Source: Octopus sinensis | Lineage: Eukaryota | Length of the DNA stretch: 64,000 nt | NCBI RefSeq assembly: GCF_006345805.1 | Contig: NC_043009.1 | Span: forward strand, 26,040,001-26,104,000 | Direction: 5' to 3' | In this document: one piece after another, positions 12,803-25,532 of the stretch | Layout: every line of letters starts with the position of its first letter | Position numbering within the stretch: the stretch's first letter is position 1 | Made by a program: the position numbers and the translations under genes | Notes under the pieces: model-generated | The model's input: the letters and a program-made list of their open reading frames with translations, nothing else | Told to the model about the DNA's origin: nothing | The model's database searches: none

Positions 12803-13947
12803 CAGACACGTACGCATACTCTCTCTTTCTCTTTCTCTGTCACACACACACACATGAGAAAGAGAGACAGAAAAAGGAGGAAGAGAAAAATAGGAAGGGA
12901 GATGTAACGGAAGATTAATAAATAAGACGATATCAGAATGGTCACGCATTGGATTTTTGATATTTCAACCGCACATAGTGAAAAACAGCCTCAATTCCGC
13001 TGAGGCCTAAAATCGACCTCAGCGGCATTTCAACTCACAACCTTAGCATACATAGATATATACAACAAGACTTACACCGACGTGAGTTTAACGCCTTTTC
13101 ATGGCACTTTGGGTATGTCTAGTAGAATCCATTCAGTGGCCACCTCTCAGAACAAATCTCAGTTTTGAGGTACTTTCCTCGCTTCCATCCACCAGTTTCA
13201 GACGCCAAAAGATTGTGTGAAATGTCTTCTTTCCTGACTAAAACATTAAAAAACAAAAGTCATTGTTATTAACGTCATAAGAATTTCATAAACTTTCCAG
13301 AGATCTGAAGTAAATCCTTTTTGGGAACAGCGAACCTGGAAGCATATATAATGCTATAAAATATAGCAGGTCAAAATAAAAGTTACGTAATTGTACAAAC
13401 AAAAGACTATCCCAAGAATACATCAGGAATATGGCTGAAGTCTTTCGAGGCCATAGTTGACCTTGACAGGCTTCAGCCTCATCTCTGCTGTTTCATCTGA
13501 TGATTACATTTTTTTTTTTTACTACACTTCAAATTCTATAAGTTTTCAAAGGCGAATAAGCATCGAGAGTTAACAAACCAAGCTACTCCAAACTGGTGAA
13601 GAGCAATGACACTGAAATCAGTCTCTGAATGCTGGCTTTGCTGGGTGGAGGTGTTTGTCACACCTGTTTGAAAACATAAGGACACAGAACGCTTGTGTCA
13701 CATAGCGAACTGGAAACTATGCTTCCTGGGGCTAAATAGTAGTAGCATTCTTCTCTTTCTTGGGACTGCCACATTAAGTTGGCAACAAATCATCACTTTT
13801 TATGTTCTCGTACTTCTATTAAAATGATGTGTAAGAAACAGCTGTAATGAGCTGACAATTATCCATTGAATGTTATTATTCACTTGATTGTATGTGTATG
13901 TATGTGTGTATGTGTGTGTGTGTGCGTGAGTGTGTGTGTCTGTGCGT

Positions 13948-13948
13948 G

Positions 13949-14002
<54 letters not shown>

Positions 14003-14005
14003 GAG

Positions 14006-14047
<42 letters not shown>
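13948..14047. repeat. (GATA)n microsatellite
   Basis: direct reading. Confidence 0.97.
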
Positions 14048-14048
<1 letters not shown>

Positions 14049-14914
14049 AATGAGAAAAAATGGGATTTTAAAAAATGATCAGAAAATTTATTTAAGCGTT
14101 TCTTTTTGTTAGCGTTTATTAACCACTAAATTTTTTCAGATGTTCAGTTAGAATTTCACCAGTTTGGATAAAATGGATAATTTTGTATTAACAAATATTC
14201 CCGAGTATATTATTATTAATTTTTATATTATAAATATATATGTATGTATTATATATATACATACATATATATATATATACACATATATGAATGTATGTAC
14301 ATATGCATATGTGTGTGTGTATGTATATGTATATATATATATGTAAGTATATATCCTTAATTAAATATATTTTATGAGAATATGATAGAATGAATTTAAA
14401 ATGAGTGCTCTTTGTATAGAAGTGTCAAAGAATTAATATTATTAAAGTATTAAAACATTTAATACAAACGATTATATATAATATATTGTGAAATAATAGC
14501 AGGAAAATCAATATGAAAAAAATTTTTACAAAGATATATATGTAAAATAATATTGTATTAAATATGATATATATATATATATATAGTATATGGGAATATA
14601 TAAAAGGAGACAGTTTAAGTATTTAGCGCATCTTATAATCGTTTCGCAAAAGTATTATCTTTATAATGGAATCCAAGATTGATAAACATGGATAGGCAAT
14701 AATTCCGCTCATCAGATATGGAGAGGGTGAAATTTTAATAATTAATCGAATGCTATTTTTAAAATATGAAATATACGAAAAGGGTGTTTCTCTTAGAAAA
14801 TATATTAAATGTCACTGGCTTTGATTTGTGTAGGTACACTTTTGTATAAAAATTTTAAAGTCTATATATGCATCCTTGGTAAATCCTCTGCAAAAAGGAA
14901 TTGATAAACGTATT

Positions 14915-14966
<52 letters not shown>

Positions 14967-15094
14967 ATTGAAACAATTGTAATCTTAAGGTGAGATATAA
15001 AATAAAGATGCTATTTTCTCTATATATTTACGTATGCTTCACCGCTATATCCACAAGTTTTTTTCTATTCTCTCTCTCTTTGTTTAGTTTTTCT

Positions 15095-15215
15095 TATTCC
15101 TTTCTGTTGAAGAGCGTAGACTCGAAACGTGAGACTTTCTCACTTTCTGGAGTGTCAAACTAATACACCTGGTGTTGTTCATACACCTGTCTTCGTCTTT
15201 TGTTAATCTGTAAAT
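15095..15215 (+). mobile_element. Penelope-like terminal-repeat remnant (second family) with degenerate hammerhead-like motif
   Basis: CTTT-CTGTTGA-A-GAGC(GTAG)ACTC-GAAACGT; homologous to the reverse complement of 30790-30905. Confidence 0.5.
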
Positions 15216-15323
15216 TTCAACAAGTATGTGTGTATGTATGTCTGTCTGTCTTCTGTATGTAGTACGTATGTATATAATATACACACATATACATACATAC
15301 ATACATACATATATATATATAAT

Positions 15324-15366
<43 letters not shown>

Positions 15367-15390
15367 TATGGTGTATATATATATATATTC

Positions 15391-15429
<39 letters not shown>

Positions 15430-15448
15430 GTATATATATATGTATATA

Positions 15449-15504
<56 letters not shown>

Positions 15505-15694
15505 CAGAAATAGGTGTTTTGAAGTCACAAGACTAAATGTACTTTAAAAACGTTTTGGACAGCTGAATCATGTGACAGTCTATATAAATAAAATTCTGCT
15601 CGACGTCACACGACATGTGTCTTTCTTTATGTAAATGCTGTCCTTACTCCTCGAATTAATGGTGTCCTGTTCTATCATATTATGCATATATACA

Positions 15695-15751
<57 letters not shown>

Positions 15752-16121
15752 ATGTATGTATGTATGTATGTATGTATGTATGTATGTATGTATATGCATA
15801 TATATAGAATAAACCTTTACATATATAAATAACGTGAAATACACGAAGGACGAACATAAGAGACAGACGGGTCATTCAAAGCCTTCGTTCTTCAGTCAGA
15901 AACCGATTCATCATCGCAAATTCGGCTGTTTAATTCTGAGATCTGCTCTGAATCGGCCAGCCCCAGAAGGAAGAATGCAACGCAACAGAGACGAACACGA
16001 AACGAAAAAAACTTTTTGAAGACAGTAACGGTTAAAAACAAGGATGATACAGGCGCCCTACGGCTTTGAGACAAAAGGAGACACAAAAACAATTTATCAG
16101 CAAGCGTGGAAAAATATTTAC

Positions 16122-16141
16122 CTTTTCGGTTGAAGACACAT
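16122..16141 (-). CDS. Candidate first coding exon end (MCLQPK + AG)
   Basis: minus CAACATGTGTCTTCAACCGAAAAG|gtaaat in a CpG-richer unique segment downstream of a (CT)n tract. Confidence 0.25.
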
Positions 16142-16285
16142 GTTGAACAAGCGGCCGTTGGCAACGGAATGGCTGAGGCAGCAAGTCGCAAGAGGGTAAG
16201 AGAGAGAAGGGGGTAAGAGAGAGGGTAAGAGGGACAGAGAGAGAGGGGACCAAGGAGGGTGGAAGGCTGAGGACAGAAGCAGTGA

Positions 16286-16322
<37 letters not shown>

Positions 16323-16471
16323 AATCAGAGAGGCTGGGAGAAAAAAGCGCCAAAACAACTTGGCAAAGAAGCAATGGCGGGGGAAAGAGAAAGTTTAAAG
16401 ACATCGTGCAAGGGTGGTGATATGACAAACATAAAGAGATTGTGCACGTACGCTGTGAAGTATAGAATAAA

Positions 16472-16519
<48 letters not shown>

Positions 16520-17173
16520 CATACATTTATATGTATGTATGTATGTATATATATATATATGTATATATGTATATTTGTATATACATATACATAAATACAT
16601 ACTTACATAATACATACATATATTCATACATACAAATGTACATACATATCTACAATCACACACACATGCATGCATACGTACACATCTATGTGTATCGCTA
16701 TAAAAATCTATAAGGGAAAAATAATCAAAACTTGAATAAGGTTAATAATAATAACAGCAACAACACCGATCCTAGGAGTCGTTGCTATGTACATCACACT
16801 AACATGTGTCTTTATGTCAATGTTTTGTTTTTTATAATTTATAGTAGTTTTATATATTGTAGTGATATCCTTAGTCGTATCGAAAATCGCTAACGTGAAA
16901 CTTGGAATAACGACGTTGTACAATCATAGTTTGAGTTGAGGTTATTACACACCCACAAGTATAACACACGCACAAACACACGTGCGCGCGCACACACGTA
17001 CGTTGGCAGTCACATATATGTTTATTCTGAGAATTATGAAAATCTTGGCATATCAATACATATCTATATCTATATCTAACAGATATAGATATGAACATAT
17101 AAAATAAAAATATATATGCATATATAATACATACATATATATATATGTATATGTATATGTATATAATATATAT

Positions 17174-17219
<46 letters not shown>

Positions 17220-17257
17220 TATATATATATATGTATATATCATATACATATAATATT

Positions 17258-17300
<43 letters not shown>

Positions 17301-17840
17301 ATATATAATATATGTATCTATATCGCGAGAGAAACATTAAACAGACAGGCAGACAAGCAGGCAAACAATAAGACAAAAATATATTTTATAGTTTGTTCTT
17401 TGAATAACATAAGCTACAAACAATTAAATGAACTCAATGTAAAGAGCAGAGTAATTGATAATTAATTTGAGAAGTAATTAGATGCTACCAATATCTACGT
17501 TTCCGACTTATTGAATACCCTCAAGCATTAAAAATAACATTGCTAATTATTCCTATATATATAGACCAACCATGGCCACTTCGTAGAGATAAAAATAACA
17601 GCAGTGAAAGCAAGAATCGAAGAGAGAATATAGATCCTAGAAGTAACATTGTACTGAACTTTATTTGATAACCAGTTGAGCTAGCAAGCGGGGCCACATA
17701 TCTGTGAGTGGGGTCCGGTGCGCATTGATGTTTTCGAGAGGAAGACCCCGAAACGGCGCGCATTCTCTCCTGATGTCCCCGTACACTTGCTGGCTTCCGG
17801 TAGGCGGAGCTCTCGGCTGGTAGCATTCGCATAATCTTTT

Positions 17841-18086
17841 ACTCTTTTACTTGTTTCAGTCATTTGACTGTGGCCATGCTGGAGCACCACCTTTAGTCGA
17901 GCAAATCGACCCCAGGACTTATTCTCTGTAAGTCTAGTATTTATTTTATCGTTCTCCTTTGCCGAATCGCTAAGTTACGGGGACATAAACACACCAGCAT
18001 CGGTTGTCAAGCGATGTTGGGGGGACAAACACAGACACACAAACATATACACACACATACATATCTATACATTTATACGACAGGCT
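17841..18086 (-). mobile_element. SINE-A, 3' half
   Basis: GGTGGTGCTCCAGCATGGCCACAGTCAAATGACTGAAACAAGTAAAAGAG tail on minus. Confidence 0.9.
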
Positions 18087-18299
18087 GTTGTTGGTGTTGC
18101 TATTGCTGCTGCTGCTACTACGATTACTACTACTAATACTATTGCTGCTATTTCTACAAATACTGCCGCTACTTCTACTACTGCTGCTGCTGCTGCTGCT
18201 GTTACTATGCTACTGCTGATTCTCCTCATCTTCCCCTCCTCCTAGTTTTCCCCATCCTTCTCCTCCTTTTGCAACAACAACAACAACAACTACAAGTAT

Positions 18300-18333
<34 letters not shown>

Positions 18334-18343
18334 GCTGCTGCTG

Positions 18344-18389
<46 letters not shown>

Positions 18390-18418
18390 CGCTATTACAA
18401 ATACTACTGCTGCTGCTG
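18085..18418. repeat. (CTG)/(CTA)/(CAA) compound trinucleotide array
   Basis: direct reading. Confidence 0.95.
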
Positions 18419-18441
18419 AGAAACACTTAAAGAGATGCTGG

Positions 18442-18474
18442 TATAAAAACCAGGAATGGGATCGTTTTTCATTC
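18442..18474 (+). promoter_or_regulatory. Candidate core promoter: TATAAAA plus Inr (TCA+1TTC)
   Basis: TATAAAA at 18442-18448 and TCATTC with A at 18471, 29 nt apart, in unique CpG-containing sequence. Confidence 0.45.
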
Positions 18475-18673
18475 TGTACAGCCGAGCGACGTAAAGCGGG
18501 GGAGAAACTTGCAATGAATTACTTTGGCAACTTCAACCAATTCGGTTGAGAGAGAAGAAACCAAAAGCATCACAACTTTTGTTTTCCTATTCCTTTGACA
18601 AAATTACCACTTTTCCACCGTTTACCAAATAATTATGATAGGATATATGATTATGATATATAGATATAAATTA

Positions 18674-18727
<54 letters not shown>

Positions 18728-19569
18728 TATGTATGTTTGTATGTATGTATTTCGCTTTTTAGCATCGTCAATTAAAACTTTTTATATATCCGTGTCTTAC
18801 ATTTTGCATTCTTCAACCAACTCATTGGTAAAACGTTGAATCTTTAGATCTATAATTATCTTTCTTGGTTCCTGTGTTGTCTTTTGGTGGTTTCTTTTGT
18901 CGGAAGAAAATAACAGGAACGATACTTAAGAAGTCTAGGAACAGTAGAATGGCGTACTTGATTCATTCGCCATTTTGTTTCAAACGAAAGAAAAGAATCT
19001 CGATAAAGATATAACATCACAGTACACCACATCAAAGTCAAACATTCGTGGGCATGCGTAGTCAGACAACTATACAAAGGCAAGTACATGCTTACTCACA
19101 TATATACGTACACATACACACGTGAGCAACACACACACGTATACACTGACCCCATCGCATTCTATACTCTATCTTTCTCCCTAACACTGATATACATATA
19201 CACACACAAATACACATACACACACATTTATATATGTATTTATTTATACGTATGCATACATATATACATATATTCTATATTTACACATATATACTTATAT
19301 GTGCGTATATATACAAAATATATATGAACTTGTTACATATATTTCATATAATATATCCCAGAGATGAAAGGTAAAGTCCACCTCGAAAGTATTTGAACTC
19401 TGAACGTAATGCCGGAAGAAATACGATTAAGCATTTTGTCCGGCATTCTATCGTTCTGGCAGCTCACCTTATATATACTTACATACATATATACATACAT
19501 ACATACATACAGATATATATATATATATATTATATATATATATATTAATATAATATATATATAATTAAA

Positions 19570-19890
19570 GACTCCGCCGGTTTACGACGACGAGGGTCCC
19601 AGCTGATACGATCAACGGAACAGCTTGCTCGTTGAAATTAACGTGCAAATGGCTGAGCATTCCACAGACACGTGTACCCTTAATGTAGTTCTCGGGGATA
19701 ATCAGCGTGACACAGAGAGTGACAAGGCTGACCCTTTGAAATACAAGTACAACTCATTTTTGCCAGCTGAGTGGACTGGAGCAACGTGAAATAAAGTGTC
19801 TTGCTCAAGGACACAACGCGTCGCCGGGAATCGAACTCACAACCTTACGATCATGAGCCGAATGCCCTAACCACTAAGCCACGCGCCCTC
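19570..19890 (-). mobile_element. SINE-C, full length (CORE-like tRNA SINE)
   Basis: minus: TGGCTTAGTGG A box, GAGTTCGATTCC B box, CCTTGAGCAAGACACTTTATTTCACGTTGCTCCAGTCCACTCAGCTG central domain. Confidence 0.9.
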
Positions 19891-19940
19891 ACTATATATA
19901 TATACATATATTATATATATACGTATATGTATATGTGTGT

Positions 19941-20759
19941 GTCAGACCTTAGTGGTTTTATCTCTAATTTAATTTATATTTATATTTATACTGTGAAATT
20001 TGATTTAATCCTAAATCTAATTTTTCCCTGTAAGTTTGGATATACAGAAAGTCATACACAGAGAGCTACACAGTACACATATACAGGGCCTTTCACTTAC
20101 CCATACACATAAGACAATACGAAGAATTACCTACACATATACACACCTACATTGACACATCTCCCTAAAACGTGTTCGCAGAGATTAAAAAAATTCTGAA
20201 CCGATATAATATTTCAGCTTCTATTCAGTAAAGTAAACAGTAAAACATGTTTCTTTTAGACAGCTACCGATATTTTGTTTTTGGAGGGGTCATCCGGGGT
20301 TGAACTGTTCATGTTATTCTTGTCTGTGAGGCGGATGAGGTCGATAGTATTGTTTTACCATCTTGAGCTCGATTTCTCAAGTAAACAGGTCACAGAAAAA
20401 TCCATGTATTGTAAATCGGAAGCGTGGAAATTGATTGTTGGGCTAGAATATCGTCTGACGAGATATTTTGGAGGATAGCAACGCAGAAGGAATGGAAAAA
20501 GAGGGGCGAATGAAGTTGTATGGACACACTTCTATCGTTTTTCATTTTGACCACGTTCTTATCACGTCCTGTACCCATATATGCATGTATATATGCATAT
20601 ATATGTAGGTATGTACATATATGTGTGTATATATGTATATATATATGTATGTACATATATGTAAGTATATATGCATATATATTATATACATATGCATACA
20701 TACATACATATATATATATATATATGATATATATATATATAATATATATATTATATCCA

Positions 20760-20796
<37 letters not shown>

Positions 20797-21025
20797 GATG
20801 ATGTATAATACATATATATATATATTATAGATTTTATATAATATATATTATAATAATATTAGGGAGTATATCCAAACTTACAGGGAAAAATTAGATTTGG
20901 GATTAAATCAAATTTCACAGTATAAATATAAATATAAATTAAATTAGGGATAAAACCACTAAGGTCTGACAGGTCTATCACTGTTTGAGTTGCCTAATAG
21001 TGGTTTTATCACTAATTTAATATAT
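19941..21025. mobile_element. Element with about 105-bp inverted repeats (19941-20045 and 20866-20970) plus a partial third copy; Penelope-like or TIR element
   Basis: arms nearly identical (2 mismatches noted); interior gives AEIKKILNRYNI, resembling a PLE linker motif; partial direct copy at about 20998-21025. Confidence 0.5.
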
Positions 21026-21456
21026 ATATATATATATTATTTATATTATCATATGATCGAACGACACGCATCCATTTCCAAGTAAGTTTTATCTTAATAA
21101 TTCTGATGCGCACTCTACAAATATCTCTTTTCTACCCTATTATTCTTCTTTCTTTCTGTCTTTCTTCTCCCCTCTCTTCACTGTTCTCTTTCTCTCCCTC
21201 GCTCTTCCTCCTTGACTCTCTCGTTGCTCACACGTGACCAGCGGCTATCTCTCTGTTTCTTCCTCTTGCTTTACAAGAAACAAGACACACTTTCGCCTGT
21301 CTCCTGTTAAGCTCGTTTCTCCAGCGTTCACCACTTCACCTCGTGATAGCTTAACATCCCTTCCCATTTGTGTTTACTGTTTTGTTCTTACTGACCTGTT
21401 TTTTTTACCACTTTAACCCTCCGCAAAATCCAAATTTTATTTAATTTGCTTTGCAG

Positions 21457-21614
21457 GAACGACTGTTTTATCGAAGTCGCATCTCGTTCCAACGTTCGTA
21501 ACGCGGAGTAGATAAAACATGATACAGTGTCTTGGGCCTTCAACTGCAAATGGAGTCGCTGGCGCGTTGTTCTATCCTGCACTTGTTGACCTGGATGAGT
21601 CTGTGCCACTTCAG
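21457..21614 (+). CDS. Candidate exon with 5'UTR and start codon (ATG 21519), unidentified
   Basis: strong acceptor ttaatttgctttgcag|G; all frames closed before AAAC-ATG; MIQCLGPSTANGVAGALFYPALVDLDESVPLQ then CAG|gtctga (weak donor); alternative frame MESLARCSILHLLTWMSLCHF. Confidence 0.3.
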
Positions 21615-21651
21615 GTCTGACCGTTACCGACATAAAAAAATAGATTGATAG

Positions 21652-21697
<46 letters not shown>

Positions 21698-21917
21698 TTA
21701 GAAAGACAGAGACAGACGGAGGGGCGGAGCCAGACGGAGAGACAGAGACAGAATAAGAGAGAGACAAAATGTCCAGTCACTGTATAGGATTAGCACTTTA
21801 TTCATCTGCCCTGAAGGGATGGAATAATAATCACCCTGATTGGGATTTGAACTCGGTACCGCAAAGAGTCGACATGCTTAGTACATTCTATCCGATGTCT
21901 TAACATATTTGCCAATA

Positions 21918-22120
<203 letters not shown>

Positions 22121-22182
22121 ATATATATTATATATCTATTTGTGCATGTATATGTATATGTATATAATATATGCATACATAT

Positions 22183-22214
<32 letters not shown>

Positions 22215-22231
22215 GATATAATATACATACA

Positions 22232-22337
<106 letters not shown>

Positions 22338-23310
22338 CGAGCAAAATGAATGTGTATAAACATACTTGTCAATGGAATACAAAACCAGTGGCGAACATCT
22401 AGAGAACAGCATGATTTCCGCAATAAGATAAAACAACAAAATCTATTATTAATGCTAAAAACAAGCAAAGTTAATCTCACTGGTTCTTTCAGAATACCAA
22501 GACTTTGGCTTCTTTTGACTTCTAATCTCTATAAAGAAGACACACTTGCATGTCCTCTGATCTCTTTTATATCGACAGAAGTGTTTGAAATATCAAGTAA
22601 TGTAGGTTAGACATCTGGTTTCACGGTTCACTTGGCATCTGTTGTTCCTGCTTACTGAATCGTAAAGTGACGTGAATGATTTCTCTTGCATCTCTGTTTT
22701 AACTAGTTTTTCTTCGATTTTATTATTTTTGATCTGTTTTAATTTCGTTTTCCAGTTTTATTTCCTTATTTTACTTTTTATTAGAGATGTTTTCGATTAA
22801 ATAATAAAAAGACTTATCTGTACTGCCTAACATCTCTTGGCCATGTATAAATATCAAAGCGAAGCAAACTATATTGTGTATGTCATGTCGTTATTGTGCA
22901 ACAAACAGTTTCAATCAGATCGAGGCTATCTATAGCATGTTTGTAATCAGTCAAAATACTTCTGCAACCAACGTATTTATTGCTGTACAGATAACTCACC
23001 TCCGTTTTTAACGATATTAAGATATTGCTGCACTCACCGGCATGTTGTGTTTGATCTAACGCGGTGTAAATATTGTAGTCTATTGCTCAATTTACTTCTG
23101 CACGCCTATCAAATATCATAGTGTTTTATAACAATGTCTGTGACTATTTTACGCGAATCAACGATTCACTGAAACGGCTGATGAGAGCTCATAGTTGTAA
23201 TAAATTCTTTACGTTCTGTCTGAACATAGGAATTCTGTTTCTCTTTTGCAATAATCAAAAAACAGCTTAGAAAGAAATGTTCACTTAATTATGACTTCTT
23301 AATATTTTAT

Positions 23311-23732
23311 CTCTTACTTGTTGTAGTTATTTGACTGCGGTCATGCTGGGGTACAGCCTTGAAGTGTTTTGGTCAAACGAATCGAATCCAGCACTTATTT
23401 TTTCAAGCCTAGTACTTATTCTATCGGTCTCTTATGCTGAACGGCTAAGTTACGGACACTTAAACATTCCAACACTTGCTGCCAAGCAGTGGTGGAGGGT
23501 GACAGACACAAATACATACACACACACTCACACGCACACACACACACATATATGTATGTATATAAATATATATACTACGACGGGATTCTCTCAGCCTCCG
23601 TCAACCAAATTCACTCACAAAGCTTTGATCTGTCCAAGGCTATAGTAGAAGACATTTGCCCAAAGTACCACGCAGTGGGACTGAACCCAGAATCATGTGG
23701 TTGTGAAGCAGGCTTCTTAATACATAGCCACG
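23311..23732 (-). mobile_element. SINE-A, full length, diverged
   Basis: head, CORE-like segment, internal TA/TG microsatellite and GACTG tail. Confidence 0.88.
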
Positions 23733-24238
23733 TCAGCAGAAGGCATTTCTGGGAAATTTTCCAATGTCATTATTTTAAAATGCATGATCAGTGAATGATT
23801 TTCGTATAAAAAGTATATCCTCCCAAGATAAACAAATATATATATAAAGATTTATTTCTATTAAAAACTTAACTAATTTCGCGTCTAAGTGATTTCTAAA
23901 AGACTAAGTTTCGAGTACTGTGGAGATATGTCGTAAACTGTAGCGCTTATGATCGTTGTTCTAAAGAGTGCTTGTATTTATAGAGTGGATTTGGCTCATA
24001 TTACTATCAATGACTGTTGAGAATGGTCATATGGTAGATTAAGGGGATATCTGGTCAGTTCTTAGCTACGCCTATGTATTAAGGTAATGTGACTGCTACA
24101 ACAACAGCCAGAAACGATACATATTTGCGACACATCTGCAAGGTTCTCAAAATTTACTACACTTTTGAACAGCATATAAATCTGAAATCGGTTAATTATA
24201 CTTAATTCAATATGATAAATCATATAAATATGTATGTG

Positions 24239-24283
<45 letters not shown>

Positions 24284-24286
24284 GCT

Positions 24287-24598
24287 GAGACCCCCTTCGA
24301 TGATGAATGACCATGGGATTGCACCTAGAAAGTTACCTTCCAAGGCACAAGTCCGGGCAAGGTTGTTTGTGGAAGGCCAGCAGTCGCCCATGCCTACCAG
24401 CATCCCTTCTCAATGCCACCAGTGTTATCTAAGGGAAAGGCAAAGGCTTGGTACCTGTGACGTCGCAACTCACTTCTACAGCTGAGTGAACTGGAGCAAC
24501 GTGAAATAAAGTGTCTTACTCAAGAACACAACACGCAACCCGGTTCACAATCTCACGATCGTAAGTACGTTGCTCTAACCATGTGATCCAAGCGCCTT

Positions 24599-24600
<2 letters not shown>
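24287..24600 (-). mobile_element. SINE-C head with the alternative tail also seen at 80-272
   Basis: C-type head TTGAGTAAGACACTTTATTTCACGTTGCTCCAG joined to a tail homologous to 80-272. Confidence 0.8.
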
Positions 24601-24630
<30 letters not shown>

Positions 24631-24805
24631 GAGAGAGATAGATAGATATACTCGTGCATATATACATAGTTACATACATACATACATACATATATACATA
24701 CATACATACACACACCTTCGTAATCATACACATGCATATACACACCTATATAGTTCTCGCTCTCGAATTTTTCAAACAACTTATTACAGTTCCCAGCCTG
24801 CATCT

Positions 24806-24857
<52 letters not shown>

Positions 24858-25178
24858 TATATAAAACTCTCTGTAGTAGCAATGGAGACATGAGAAAATT
24901 TTAATGAATTTAGTTTACTATGAAATATTAGTAGTATATTAATTTTCGAAACGTGTTTAAACATCTCATAATATGCAGTAACAATATGTATATATATGAT
25001 ATATGATACTATATATATATATCAAAGACAAGAATTCATATCTGCTGCTAACTACCTAGAACCCTCAAGAGTAAAAAAGAGAGACAGAGACAGACAGAAA
25101 AAAAAAAGGAAAATCTCCCTTGCATTTGAAAACTATGGAAATACTTTTTAAAAACATTTTATTTAATCTTTCCACAAT

Positions 25179-25532
25179 AGGCGCAGGAGTGGCTGTGTGG
25201 TATAGCTGGTTTACCAACCCTATGGTTCCGGTTCAGTCCCACTGCGTGGCACCTTGGGCAAGTGTTTTCTACTATAGCCTTGTGACCAAGCCTTGTGAGT
25301 GGATTTGGTAGACGGAAACTGAAAAGAAGCCCGTCTATATCTAATATATATAATTAATATATATATATATATATCGTGGTGTGTTTGTGTGTCTGTGTTT
25401 GTCCCCCTAGCATTGTTGACATTGTTGGTGTGGTTATATCCCCGTTACTTAGCGGTTCTGCGGGTTTGAGCTGCTCGATTAAAGGCGGTGCTCCAGCATG
25501 GCCGCAGTCAAATGACTGAAACACGTAAAAGA
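25179..25532 (+). mobile_element. SINE-A
   Basis: GGCGCAGGAGTGGCTGTGTGG A box, GGTTCAGTCCC B box, CACCTTGGGCAAGTG CORE-like motif, tail. Confidence 0.9.

Noticed and set aside
18514-18549. MNYFGNFNQFG as a reflectin-like or amidated peptide
   Set aside because: Composition only; no reflectin repeat motif and no signal peptide
23178-23184. CTGATGA hammerhead core (also near 58718)
   Set aside because: No stem II or GAAA downstream
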